The translations under genes were made by a program, and so were the position numbers. Positions 30,995 through 40,226 of a DNA stretch of 64,000 nucleotides are shown in pieces. Below the pieces are notes generated by a model. The model searched no databases. It worked only from the letters and a program-made list of their open reading frames with translations, and was not told the DNA's origin. Source of the stretch: Candidatus Bathyarchaeota archaeon (GTDB taxonomy: Archaea > Thermoproteota > Bathyarchaeia > Bathyarchaeales > Bathycorpusculaceae). How positions within the stretch are numbered: the stretch's first letter is position 1; every line of letters begins with the position of its first letter. The stretch is from positions 736,001 through 800,000 of the forward strand of contig CAWHVC010000003.1 of assembly GCA_963832745.1 (NCBI GenBank), given 5' to 3'.

Positions 30995-32420
30995 ATGCAG
31001 AAGGCAAAAACCTGTAGCTTGCTATTTAGTTTTTTTCTTCTCTCCATTATCACCCTAAACACCAACCCCGTGCAAGCTACAGGCACAAATTTGCCAAGCA
31101 TAATCAGTTCTGACACAACCCTAACCAAAGACGGCAGCCCCTACAGCTTGATTGGTCCAACGCTCATAAACGCTGGAGTAACTCTCAAGCTTGAAGCAGG
31201 CGCTACATTAATCATGAGTAACTATTATTTGCGTGTAGATGGAGTTTTTCGGTCAATAGGAACCAAGGATAATTCTGCCCAAATTCTAAGCTCACCCGCC
31301 GTGTACCTGAGTGATTCGGTTGGGTTCATAAATTTCACTGATTCTTCCACAAGCTGGAATGAACAAACAGACACTGGTTGTGTAATAGAAAACACCATAA
31401 TCAACCAAACAAGATTGTACATTGATAATTCAATTGTGAAAGTTAACTCTGATACAGTCAACTTTCAAGGTAGCCCAATGGTCGATAACGTGGCAATTTT
31501 CATAAATGGTGGAGCAACTCCTGTGTCTAACTGTATCATTAATGCAGCCCTCATGATTCAAGGTGGCACTTCAACTATTACAGAAAATACAATCACTGGC
31601 GGCATGGGCTTATACGGTGGCAGCCCAACGGTAACAAACAATCATGTTTCTGGCGCTAGTACTTACATTTACTTTGCAAAGGATGAAAACAGGGTTTATA
31701 ACACGATAGCTGTGAGTTCTGATTGTTCACCAATTATATCAAATAATGAAGTCGTTGGGTCAATACATTCTGGTGACTATAGACAATATCAGGGTCAAGC
31801 AACAATAACCAACAACACCATCAACGGCGGAATATATGGTCAAGCAAACCTTGTAATCACAAACAATAAAATATTCGGTGGAATCTCAACAGCAGGAACC
31901 AACATCAATATTCAAGGCAACCAAATAACTGGCACAGGTCTGGTTGGCGTCAGCATAAGCGATGATGCAGTTGTAAAATACAACTCAATATCCGGTTTTA
32001 ACGTTAGCCTTTTAGTAAGTCCTCCAAGTAGCAGCTCAAGTTCTCCAACGATAAAGAACAATAACATCCAAAACTGGAAACAATACTGCATCAAAACCGA
32101 AACCGCAAGCAGACATTGATGCCAGCGGCAACTGGTGGGGAACAACCGACCTTCAAGCAATAAAGCAAAGCATCTACGACCAAACCTACGATTTCAACTT
32201 GGGTAAAGTAACTATTACCCCCATCCTAAACGCGCCAGACCCCCAAGCACCAGAAATCCAGTCCATCCAAATCTCTCCAACCCCCACTTCAACACCTAAC
32301 GCTTCACCAACACCTTCAATTCCAGAATACTCAACAACTGCTTTCCTTCTTCTGCTGGTTGCAGTAACACTTGCAATGGTAGTTAGTTTGAGAAAACATT
32401 CCGCAAAATCTTACAAGTAA
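30995..32420 (+). CDS. Paralogous beta-helix cell-surface protein with PEF-CTERM-like anchor, frameshifted near 32110
   Basis: Shares VQATGT.LPSIISSDTTLTK.GSPYS with the upstream paralog; shifted frame gives DIDASGNWWGTTD...YDFNLGKV...IPEYS + TM + RK. Confidence 0.8.
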
Positions 32421-32521
32421 CAGCTCACTGTTTAAACCTCTCTTTTTGATTCTTTTAATCCTCACATGTCAGGCAAACTCCTATATGTAGGGTTTAGAAT
32501 TTTGAATAGCAGCGATTAAAA

Positions 32522-32713
32522 ATGAATCCTGAAAATTATAAAACAAAAAGACAAGGTCAGCCCAAACGCAACAGTCCACTATCAAAACGCAAAAGCCGTA
32601 TGATTGCAAACGCCAAAGTCATGCCATTAAACACTTCACCAAAACTGCGCGAAATCTATAACAATAAAACTGAATGGGCAACAAAAGTGCTTCCTAAGCT
32701 AAAAGAGCAGTAA
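32522..32713 (+). CDS. Small basic hypothetical protein
   Basis: 63-aa K/R-rich ORF with a TATA-like TATATG about 40 nt upstream. Confidence 0.45.
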   Translation: MNPENYKTKRQGQPKRNSPLSKRKSRMIANAKVMPLNTSPKLREIYNNKTEWATKVLPKLKEQ

Positions 32714-32773
32714 AGCCATGCTGCAAAGGCTGGCTTAAGATTTTTCTAATCAAATTTTTAGAAGTAACTGCAT

Positions 32774-32962
32774 TTACTTTTCTTCTTCAAAGATAAACAC
32801 GTCTTCTATAGTTGTATTGAGTACTTTTGCAATGTCATGTGCCAACTGGAGGCTGGGGTTGTATTTTCCTTTTTCAAGGAAAAGTATGGTTTCTCTTCTG
32901 ACTCCTACCATCTGAGCCAACTGCTCTTGGGTTAGATGCTGTTTTTCCCGCAGTTCCTTCAT
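32774..32962 (-). CDS. XRE/Cro-type HTH regulator
   Basis: [39 protein letters not shown]. Confidence 0.92.
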   Translation of the reverse strand: MKELREKQHLTQEQLAQMVGVRRETILFLEKGKYNPSLQLAHDIAKVLNTTIEDVFIFEEEK

Positions 32963-32982
32963 ACGTGTTCTAAAAGGAATTG

Positions 32983-33366
32983 TTAATCTCCTCTCCAGTC
33001 ATAATACACAAAGAAGCCAACGAAGGATAACAGGGCTGTAATGGGAATCACTTCAAACGCCAGCGTAAATACGTTGGTGCGGCTTAAGAAGGCAACGCTT
33101 AACATGGAAGGAATTAGAAAGACGAAGAATGCATTTCGGCAGGCTTTGGTGACGTTTACGTTCCAGCGTTCATCACTTAGGCTGGTTCCTTCTTTAGTTT
33201 TGGGTCTGGCAAATACAAAGAAGAAAAACAGCATGAAAAACACGTAGAAAAAAGTGTAGTCAGATACTAAGCTTACAAGGCCAAGCAATCCAAAGAAGCC
33301 AAAGTATCTTTCATCAATTTTTCCCATAGCGCTGTCTCCTAAATTGTGAATGCTCCTATAGCCCAT
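32983..33366 (-). CDS. Small membrane protein, DUF3796/DUF2178-like (likely start MGKIDERY)
   Basis: [21 protein letters not shown], several TM helices; typical neighbour of XRE regulators. Confidence 0.65.
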   Translation of the reverse strand: MGYRSIHNLGDSAMGKIDERYFGFFGLLGLVSLVSDYTFFYVFFMLFFFFVFARPKTKEGTSLSDERWNVNVTKACRNAFFVFLIPSMLSVAFLSRTNVFTLAFEVIPITALLSFVGFFVYYDWRGD

Positions 33367-33578
33367 AGCGCCGGAATCACCACTCCCAAGATGCCTAAAA
33401 AGCTTAGGTATTTGAGTTCTTCTTTCCAGTAGTGGAACAGGTAGAAGAGGCTGAAGAAGCCGAATAGGAACAGGTATAGTGGATTGCCTGTTTGAAGTGC
33501 TCTTAATGCTTCTAGTCCGATGAAGCCTGAGAAGCCATAGCAGCCGTTGGTCCAGTAATATTTTCCTTTTGGGTTCAT
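33339..33578 (-). CDS. Small hydrophobic membrane protein
   Basis: GFSGFIG, YLFLFGFFSLF, YLSFLGILG; first gene of a three-gene operon. Confidence 0.65.
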   Translation of the reverse strand: MNPKGKYYWTNGCYGFSGFIGLEALRALQTGNPLYLFLFGFFSLFYLFHYWKEELKYLSFLGILGVVIPALWAIGAFTI

Positions 33579-33590
33579 TTTTAAGCCACT

Positions 33591-33668
33591 ACGTTAAATA
33601 TTTCTAACGTTATATATTTCTAACATTAAATATTTAATTTAAACATTTCTGTTAAAAAATTTCTAAAC
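33591..33668 (-). promoter_or_regulatory. Tandem operator-like repeats upstream of the XRE operon
   Basis: GTTAAATATTTCTAAC, GTTATATATTTCTAAC and GTTAAAAAATTTCTAAAC (GTTA-N8-TAAC pseudo-palindromes). Confidence 0.6.
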
Positions 33669-33793
33669 TAAAAGCAACAAAAGAAGCGTTATGCCCTTGC
33701 TTTACTGTTTAAGCGACAAAGAACAGTTTAATGCGCCCGTTAGAGCCCCTATGAATTTCGACACCAACGCCATCCTTTGATTCTATTGCCATC

Positions 33794-33862
33794 CACCAAC
33801 CTATTTGGCATCTATTAGGCTCCAAATAACAGTTCTATGCAGAAACCTATAGGGAGTCTACC
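33794..33862 (+). repeat. Dispersed intergenic repeat, copy 2 (right arm diverged)
   Basis: CACCAACCTATTTGGCATCTATTAGGCTCCAAATAACAGTTCTATGCAGAAACCTATAGGG; shares GTTCTATGCAGAAACCTATAG with copy 4 and CACCAACCTATTT with copy 3. Confidence 0.75.
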
Positions 33863-34115
33863 TTTCGAAATAGTTGTAGATTCTACCCACATTTTTCTGC
33901 CACTAAAACAGCAAAACACCAAGGGTACAGATGCCAACAGCATTTTTCAACCCAAAAAATCCCGAAATCGTTGCCTCAACTTGCCGTTTAGATGGTTTAC
34001 CCCTTTCTGGCTCAACATAACATGTGCTTGCCGCGGTAAAAAGTTTATATTCTTGTCTGATTTTTGCATTATTCCGAGATAAAGAAACAAAGTTCTATTA
34101 AGTAGGGATTAACAC

Positions 34116-35759
34116 ATGGCATATTTAACCACAACAGGCTCAGGACAACCCGTCCTTATCCTTAAAGAAGGAACAACACGAAGCAGAGGCAAAGAAGCCC
34201 AAAGAAACAACATTATGGCAGCACGAGTAATCGGTGAAGTCCTAAAAACCACGCTGGGACCACGAGGCATGGATAAAATGCTTATCGACGGACTCGGCGA
34301 CATCACCATCACCAACGACGGCGCAACCATCCTAAAAGAAATCGACGTAGAACATCCAGCAGCAAAAATGATGGTCGAAATCGCAAAAACCCAAGACGAC
34401 ATGGTTGGCGACGGAACCACCAGCGCAGTTGTCCTTGCCAGCGAACTTTTAAAGAAAGCAGAAGAACTGCTTGACCAAAATATTCACCCAACAATCCTAG
34501 TCAGTGGCTACCGAAAAGCAGCCCAAAAAGCAATCGAGTCAATAGGCAAAATCGCTGAACCATTAGATGTTAACGACCGCAACATTCTGCTTAAAGTAGC
34601 ATTAACATCAACAAGCAGCAAATCAGTCGGCAGCGCAAGAGAACACCTTGCAGAAATCGCCATTGACGCGGTTAAACAAATCGCTGAAGTACGCGGAGAA
34701 AAAACAATCGCCGACATAGACAACATCCAACTAATCAAGAAAACAGGCAAAAGCCTACTTGAAACACAACTGATCAAAGGCATCATCGTTGACAAAGAAA
34801 TCGTCAACCCAGGAATGCCAAAAAAGAAAGAAAACGCAAAAATCGCATTACTCGACTCACCACTTGAAATAGAAAAAACCGAAATCAGCGCAGAAATCAG
34901 AATCAAAGACCCAACCCAAATGAAAGCATTCCTAGACCAAGAAACAGGCATGCTAAAAGAAATGGCTGACAAACTAAAAGCCGCAGGCGCAGACGTTATC
35001 TTCTGCCAAAAAGGCATTGACGACATGGTACAACACTTCCTATCCAAAGAAGGCATCATTGCAGCACGACGCGTAAAAGAATCAGACATGGAAAAACTAT
35101 CACGCGCAACAGGTGCAAGAATCAGCAGCGACCTAGACGACCTAAAGAAAGAAGACCTCGGCCTAGCCGGTTTAGTTGAAGAACGCAAAATCGGCGATGA
35201 CAAAATGATATTCGTCGAAAAATGCAAAGACCCACACAGCGTAGCAATCCTCCTCCGCGCAGGACTCGAACGCATGGTTGACGAAGCCGAACGCGCAATG
35301 ATCGATTCACTCTCAGTCGTTTCAGACGTAGTTGAAAACAACAAAATAGTCCCAGGCGGCGGCGCAGTAGAAATCGAAATCGCAAAAGAACTCCGCAAAT
35401 ACGCCACAAAAGTCGGCGGACGCGAACAACTCGCAGTAGAAGCATTCGCAGACGCAATCGAAGTCATCCCAAGAACACTCGCAGAAAACGCGGGCCTCGA
35501 ACCAATCGACATTCTCGTACAGCTCCGCTCATCACATGACTCAGCAGACGGCAAAAACATGGGAATCAACATTTACGAAGGCAAACTGCAAGACAGCATC
35601 AAAAACGGAGTCATCGAACCAATCATGGTAAAAGAACAAGCAATAAAATCAGCAGCTGAATCAGCAGCCATGATACTACGCATCGACGACGTTATCACCG
35701 CCAAAGCACCAAAAGGCGGCGCCCCAGGCGGAATGCCCGGTGGAATGGGCGAAGAATAA
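34116..35759 (+). CDS. ths: Thermosome (group II chaperonin) subunit
   Basis: [44 protein letters not shown] tail; strong codon bias. Confidence 0.98.
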   Translation: MAYLTTTGSGQPVLILKEGTTRSRGKEAQRNNIMAARVIGEVLKTTLGPRGMDKMLIDGLGDITITNDGATILKEIDVEHPAAKMMVEIAKTQDDMVGDGTTSAVVLASELLKKAEELLDQNIHPTILVSGYRKAAQKAIESIGKIAEPLDVNDRNILLKVALTSTSSKSVGSAREHLAEIAIDAVKQIAEVRGEKTIADIDNIQLIKKTGKSLLETQLIKGIIVDKEIVNPGMPKKKENAKIALLDSPLEIEKTEISAEIRIKDPTQMKAFLDQETGMLKEMADKLKAAGADVIFCQKGIDDMVQHFLSKEGIIAARRVKESDMEKLSRATGARISSDLDDLKKEDLGLAGLVEERKIGDDKMIFVEKCKDPHSVAILLRAGLERMVDEAERAMIDSLSVVSDVVENNKIVPGGGAVEIEIAKELRKYATKVGGREQLAVEAFADAIEVIPRTLAENAGLEPIDILVQLRSSHDSADGKNMGINIYEGKLQDSIKNGVIEPIMVKEQAIKSAAESAAMILRIDDVITAKAPKGGAPGGMPGGMGEE

Positions 35760-35919
35760 ACTTCCCCACTTTAACCCTTTTTAATTTTATATTACTTGTT
35801 AAACTGTTTTTTGCCTCTAGTTTTCACTTTAACTGTTGCTTTTTACACGTTTCTGCTGATGCTTCACGAAAACGTATTTATGTTTAAAGGCTTACCCTTT
35901 TGCGTTAAATGCAGAATGC

Positions 35920-35997
35920 GCTCTGGTAGTATAGTCCGGTCAAGTATAGCGGCCTCTCGAGTCGCGGACCCGGGTCCGAATCCCGGCCAGAGCACCA
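35920..35997 (+). tRNA. tRNA-Glu (anticodon CTC), CCA encoded, no intron
   Basis: Acceptor GCTCTGG/CCAGAGC, anticodon arm GCGGC-CTCTCGA-GTCGC, T arm CCGGG-TCCGAAT-CCCGG, ACCA end; TTTAAA box upstream. Confidence 0.93.
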
Positions 35998-36067
35998 AAA
36001 ACTCTTCATTGCAAGCATTTGAGATTTATAGTTGTCACTCCTTCTTTGTTGAAAGTAGGCTTCAAGC

Positions 36068-36985
36068 TTGATGACGTTCAAGAAAGAACAAACTGTTGCT
36101 TGTATATCCAGCGTTAAGATAGGTGGACAACCCGGCGAAAACCCAACCTGCATCATACCCAGCATCTTCTACGATGGCCATAAAATCGTCAGCGACCCAG
36201 TCCACGGCATATTTGATAAGCAACAAGCAGAAACATTGCTAAACAGGGCTGAAGAGCTTTCAGAGAAAACTGGTAACCCCTTCTTCATCGACGTTATGGG
36301 AATCACTGTGGAAGCCCTAACCAAATACGTGAACTTTGTAACAGAGACAACTTCCGTTCCTTTTTTGGTAGACAGCATTTCAAGAGACGCCAAACTCCAA
36401 ACCCTACTGCACCTTCAAAAAAACGGTTTAATCAACAAAGTCATCTACAACTCCCTAAACTTCCTATCAACACCCCAAGAATACAGGACACTAAAAGAGT
36501 TAGGCGTTAAATCTGCAATAGTGCTGGCTTATAACCCTAAAGCGTCTTCAAGTGGCAGAGACGACGTTTTAGTTGGCAACAGTAAACAGCCGGGTCTATT
36601 GAAAGCAGCTCAGCAAGCAGGAATAACAAACGTGCTTGTGGATACCGCGGTAACGCAGATTCCCAGCATTGCCACCGCAAGCAAAGCAATCTACGAAATC
36701 AAGGAGAAATTCGGTTTACCCTCAGGCTGCTCACCAGCCAATGCCATTTCAACATGGAAAAAACTCCAAGACGGCGAATTCGGACCCGACGCCCTAAAAG
36801 TCTGCGTGGGCGCTTCTGCCTTATTTACGCAAACGATGGCTGCAGACTTTGTGATTGCAGGCAGAATTGATTATGCTGATGCAGTGTTTGCGGCTTGTGC
36901 TATGGGGGATGCTATTATTGCTGCTGAAGCAGAGAAACTTTGTGTTAAAATTTCTGCTGGGCATCCGTTTTACAAAATATTTTAG
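36068..36985 (+). CDS. mtrH: MtrH/MtgA-family pterin-binding methyltransferase
   Basis: VKIGGQPGENPT...SIFYDGHKIVSD..GIFDK, PFLVDS, IYNSL, LVDTAV, FGLPSGCSPANA. Confidence 0.88.
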   Translation: MMTFKKEQTVACISSVKIGGQPGENPTCIIPSIFYDGHKIVSDPVHGIFDKQQAETLLNRAEELSEKTGNPFFIDVMGITVEALTKYVNFVTETTSVPFLVDSISRDAKLQTLLHLQKNGLINKVIYNSLNFLSTPQEYRTLKELGVKSAIVLAYNPKASSSGRDDVLVGNSKQPGLLKAAQQAGITNVLVDTAVTQIPSIATASKAIYEIKEKFGLPSGCSPANAISTWKKLQDGEFGPDALKVCVGASALFTQTMAADFVIAGRIDYADAVFAACAMGDAIIAAEAEKLCVKISAGHPFYKIF

Positions 36986-37163
36986 CGCTTAAACCCCAAT
37001 TTTTAAGCTAAACTTTAGTTCAAGTTCTGCTATAGTTTAATTTGACGTTGAAAGCTCGGCAAACTTTCGTTTCTTTAAAAGAAACTCATTTAAGACTGAT
37101 GTAGCCGTATGCCTTGAACAAAGTGTGTGAAAAGACCAGTGGCAAATAAAGGAGGCTACCAAG

Positions 37164-40100
37164 TTAAGCAAACAAAACTTCGCCGTTCCGGCAGGCCAAG
37201 AAAACAACGTTACAGTAGCCCAGCCTCCGTTAACTGCTGACGAAATTTTAGGCAAACCTGTACAGGAATTATTCAACCGTTTAGATTCTTCAATCAGTGG
37301 TTTAAGCTCCGAGGAAGCTGAAAACCGCCTTGAAGTTTATGGCCGAAACGAGCTTGCAAAAAAGCACAAACGTTCCGTAATCATCGAGTTTCTGATGAAC
37401 TTCAAAAGCCCACTTGTAATCATTTTAATGGTTGCAGGGTTAATCTCAGGCATCCTTGGCGAATTGCCCAACATGATTATTATTTTCACTATTGTCTTTC
37501 TTAGCGTTATTTTAGACTTCTATCAAGAGTCTAAAGCTGAAAACGCTGCAGAAATGCTAAAAGAAGCCGTAACAACGACTGCCACTGTAATCCGCGACGG
37601 CACAAAACAGGAAGTCAAGCTTCACGATGTTGTACCCGGCGACATAGTTTACCTTTCAGCCGGCGACATAACCCCCGCTGATGCACGAGTAATCTCTGCT
37701 AAAGACCTTTTCATTAACCAATCAGCCTTAACAGGTGAATCTTTCCCTGTAGAAAAAACTCCTTCACTGGTAAAAGTTAAAGACCCCACAATTACGGAAT
37801 GGAATAATTACCTTTTTATGGGAACATCAGTTGTCAGCGGTACATCAACTGCGTTGGTTGTTAGAACAGGCAGCTTAACAGAGTATGGTAAAATCGCCAA
37901 AAAACTTGTCGAGAAAGCTCCTGAAACCGAATTTGAAAAGGGCATCAAAAACTTTGGTTTCTTCATCATGCAGATAACCATACTTTTGGTTCTTTTCGTT
38001 TTCATGGTTAACGCTTTACTTCACCCTGACACACAAGGCATCCTAACCGCACTGCTTTTTGCGGTCGCACTTGCGGTCGGTTTGACTCCTGAACTCTTGC
38101 CAATGATTATCACCGTTAACCTGTCCCGAGGTGGTATTGCCATGTCCAAGAAAGGCGTCATCGTTAAACGTTTAGCTTCCATTGAAAACTTTGGCAGTAT
38201 GAACGTTTTATGCACAGATAAGACAGGGACGCTTACAGAAAACAGGATTACCCTTGTCCTGCACGTGGACCCAGAAGGCAACGATGATGATAAAGTGTTG
38301 CTGTACAGTTATCTTAACAGTTTCTACCAAACAGGCCTAAAAAGTCCTCTTGACGAAGCTATCCTTGTGCACGAAAAAATCGACACTGCAGGCTACCAAA
38401 AAATAGATGAGGTACCTTTCGATTTTGTCCGCAGGCGGGTAAGTGTTGTCGTAGAAAATGACCGACAAAGGTTCTTCATAGGTAAAGGCGCGCCAGAGGA
38501 AATTCTTAAAGTCTCATCATTCTGTGAAATAGGCGGTTTACCTGTTGACTTAACTGAGGAACTTCGTGAAAAGGCTGAACAGAAATATTACGATTTAAGT
38601 TCTGAAGGTTTCCGTGTTTTAGGTGTAGCTTACAAGAAGCTTAAGGAAGAAAAAACTGTTTACTCTGTTAATGATGAACGCGACATGGTGTTCATGGGGT
38701 TTGTGGCTTTTCTTGACCCTCCAAAAGAAACCGCCAAAGAATCTCTAAGACTATTAAGCAACGCTGGTATCGAACTTAAAATTTTGACTGGCGATAATGA
38801 GCAAGTTGCACGAAAAACCTGCGAGTCACTTGGGTTTGAAGTTAAGGGCGTTGCGTTAGGCAATGAAATAGCCTTAATGTCTGATGAAGCCTTAGCCCGC
38901 ATTGTTGAAGAGGACAATGTTTTCGCCCGTGTTACACCTGTTCAGAAAGACCGCATCATTACGCTTTTGAAAAGCAATGGTCATGTGGTCGGCTTCATGG
39001 GTGACGGCATTAACGATGCGCCTTCCTTGAAAAGCTCCGACGTAGGTATCTCAGTTAATAACGCTGTGGATGTTGCCAAAGAATCCGCTGACATTATTCT
39101 ACTTAAAAATGACCTTACCGTGCTAGCTGAGGGTGTGCTGGAGGGCCGAAAAACTTTCGGTAACACCATGAAGTATGTTATGATGGGTGTAAGCAGCAAC
39201 TTTGGAAACATGTTCAGTGTTGCAGGTGCTTCGTTGATTCTGCCGTTTTTAGGCTTTGACTTTTTGCCCATGCTTCCAATTCAGATTCTTCTCAATAACT
39301 TGCTTTACGATATTTCCCAGTCAGCAATAACAACTGATAATGTTGACGCCGAATATGTTGAGAAACCTAAACGTTGGGACATCGGTTACATCCGTAGTTT
39401 CATGATTTCGCTTGGTCCAGTCAGTTCACTGTTTGACTTCTTAACATTCTTCATAATGATGTTCTTCTTCCTACCATATGTAGCGTTGAGCCAGCAACAG
39501 CCACTGTTCCAAACTGCTTGGTTCTTGGAGTCCCTAATAACGCAAACGTTTATCATTTTTGCTATTCGTACACGCAAGTCGCCGTTTTGGAAGAGCAAAC
39601 CGGGAAAATACTTGGTCTTCAGTAGTCTTGCTATTATCGCAATAGCTGTGATTATTCCATTTACTACGTTTGGTGATACTTACTTCCTGTTTATACCGCC
39701 ACCGCCAGAATTCTTCGCTGTACTCGCCGGTTTAGTATTAGCTTACTTGGTGCTTGCTGAAGTGGTTAAACGTTGGTTCTACAAACGTAACTCTTATCGT
39801 GTTGAACAGGCGTTGGTGCCCAAGAAACGCGGTTTGTACCTGAGCAGACGTGCACGGCTTGTACAGGACGTTATCGCAGTGATTTGCCTAAGACTTGAAG
39901 ACGAAATCTCAATTGACTCCTTAATCGAAGACTTGACAAGAAGCCTCAATTACCCAATTAACCCTGACGAAGTGGCTCAAAACCTGCATCATCTTCGCCG
40001 CACAGGCTTAATCAGCATCGACTGGCACAATCGAACAATTAAACGCCAAGGCACAGTTAGAGAATACGTAACAGAGTACGTGGAAACTCAGGCGATTTGG

Positions 40101-40202
40101 CCAATGGTGTATGAGGATTGGGTGCGAATCAACAAGGCAATCTTTGACCGTTATGGCGAAGTTAACACTGAATACTCTGCATTGCTTACACAACAAAGAT
40201 AA
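37164..40202 (+). CDS. mgtA: Magnesium-translocating P-type ATPase with a C-terminal extension; start extended upstream of the track ORF (37395)
   Basis: LTGES, VGLTPELLP, DKTGT, PFDF, KGAPE, GDGINDAP, SSNFGNMFS, QILLNNLLYD; in-frame GLSSEEAENRLEVYGRNEL lies upstream of 37395; exact start uncertain. Confidence 0.9.
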   Translation, partial: LSKQNFAVPAGQENNVTVAQPPLTADEILGKPVQELFNRLDSSISGLSSEEAENRLEVYGRNELAKKHKRSVIIEFLMNFKSPLVIILMVAGLISGILGELPNMIIIFTIVFLSVILDFYQESKAENAAEMLKEAVTTTATVIRDGTKQEVKLHDVVPGDIVYLSAGDITPADARVISAKDLFINQSALTGESFPVEKTPSLVKVKDPTITEWNNYLFMGTSVVSGTSTALVVRTGSLTEYGKIAKKLVEKAPETEFEKGIKNFGFFIMQITILLVLFVFMVNALLHPDTQGILTALLFAVALAVGLTPELLPMIITVNLSRGGIAMSKKGVIVKRLASIENFGSMNVLCTDKTGTLTENRITLVLHVDPEGNDDDKVLLYSYLNSFYQTGLKSPLDEAILVHEKIDTAGYQKIDEVPFDFVRRRVSVVVENDRQRFFIGKGAPEEILKVSSFCEIGGLPVDLTEELREKAEQKYYDLSSEGFRVLGVAYKKLKEEKTVYSVNDERDMVFMGFVAFLDPPKETAKESLRLLSNAGIELKILTGDNEQVARKTCESLGFEVKGVALGNEIALMSDEALARIVEEDNVFARVTPVQKDRIITLLKSNGHVVGFMGDGINDAPSLKSSDVGISVNNAVDVAKESADIILLKNDLTVLAEGVLEGRKTFGNTMKYVMMGVSSNFGNMFSVAGASLILPFLGFDFLPMLPIQILLNNLLYDISQSAITTDNVDAEYVEKPKRWDIGYIRSFMISLGPVSSLFDFLTFFIMMFFFLPYVALSQQQPLFQTAWFLESLITQTFIIFAIRTRKSPFWKSKPGKYLVFSSLAIIAIAVIIPFTTFGDTYFLFIPPPPEFFAVLAGLVLAYLVLAEVVKRWFYKRNSYRVEQALVPKKRGLYLSRRARLVQDVIAVICLRLEDEISIDSLIEDLTRSLNYPINPDEVAQNLHHLRRTGLISIDWHNRTIKRQGTVREYVTEYVETQAIWPMVYEDWVRINKAIFDRYGEVNTEYSALLTQQR

Positions 40203-40226
40203 AAACGGAATTTGCCTAAAAAGGGT

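Noticed and set aside
29945-32199. Programmed frameshifting or phase variation in the beta-helix genes
   Set aside because: No slippery heptamer or long simple repeat at the break points, and similar breaks occur in housekeeping genes, so error is more parsimonious.
33837-34082. 81-aa ORF upstream of the thermosome gene
   Set aside because: Starts inside the dispersed repeat and spans the thermosome promoter; no protein-like features.
34508-35572. 354-aa antisense ORF over the thermosome gene
   Set aside because: Shadow of strong A/C-ending codon bias on the sense strand; S/R/F-rich with no motifs.
35796-36165. ORFs 35796..36071 (+) and 35905..36165 (-)
   Set aside because: They overlap tRNA-Glu and mtrH; spurious translations.
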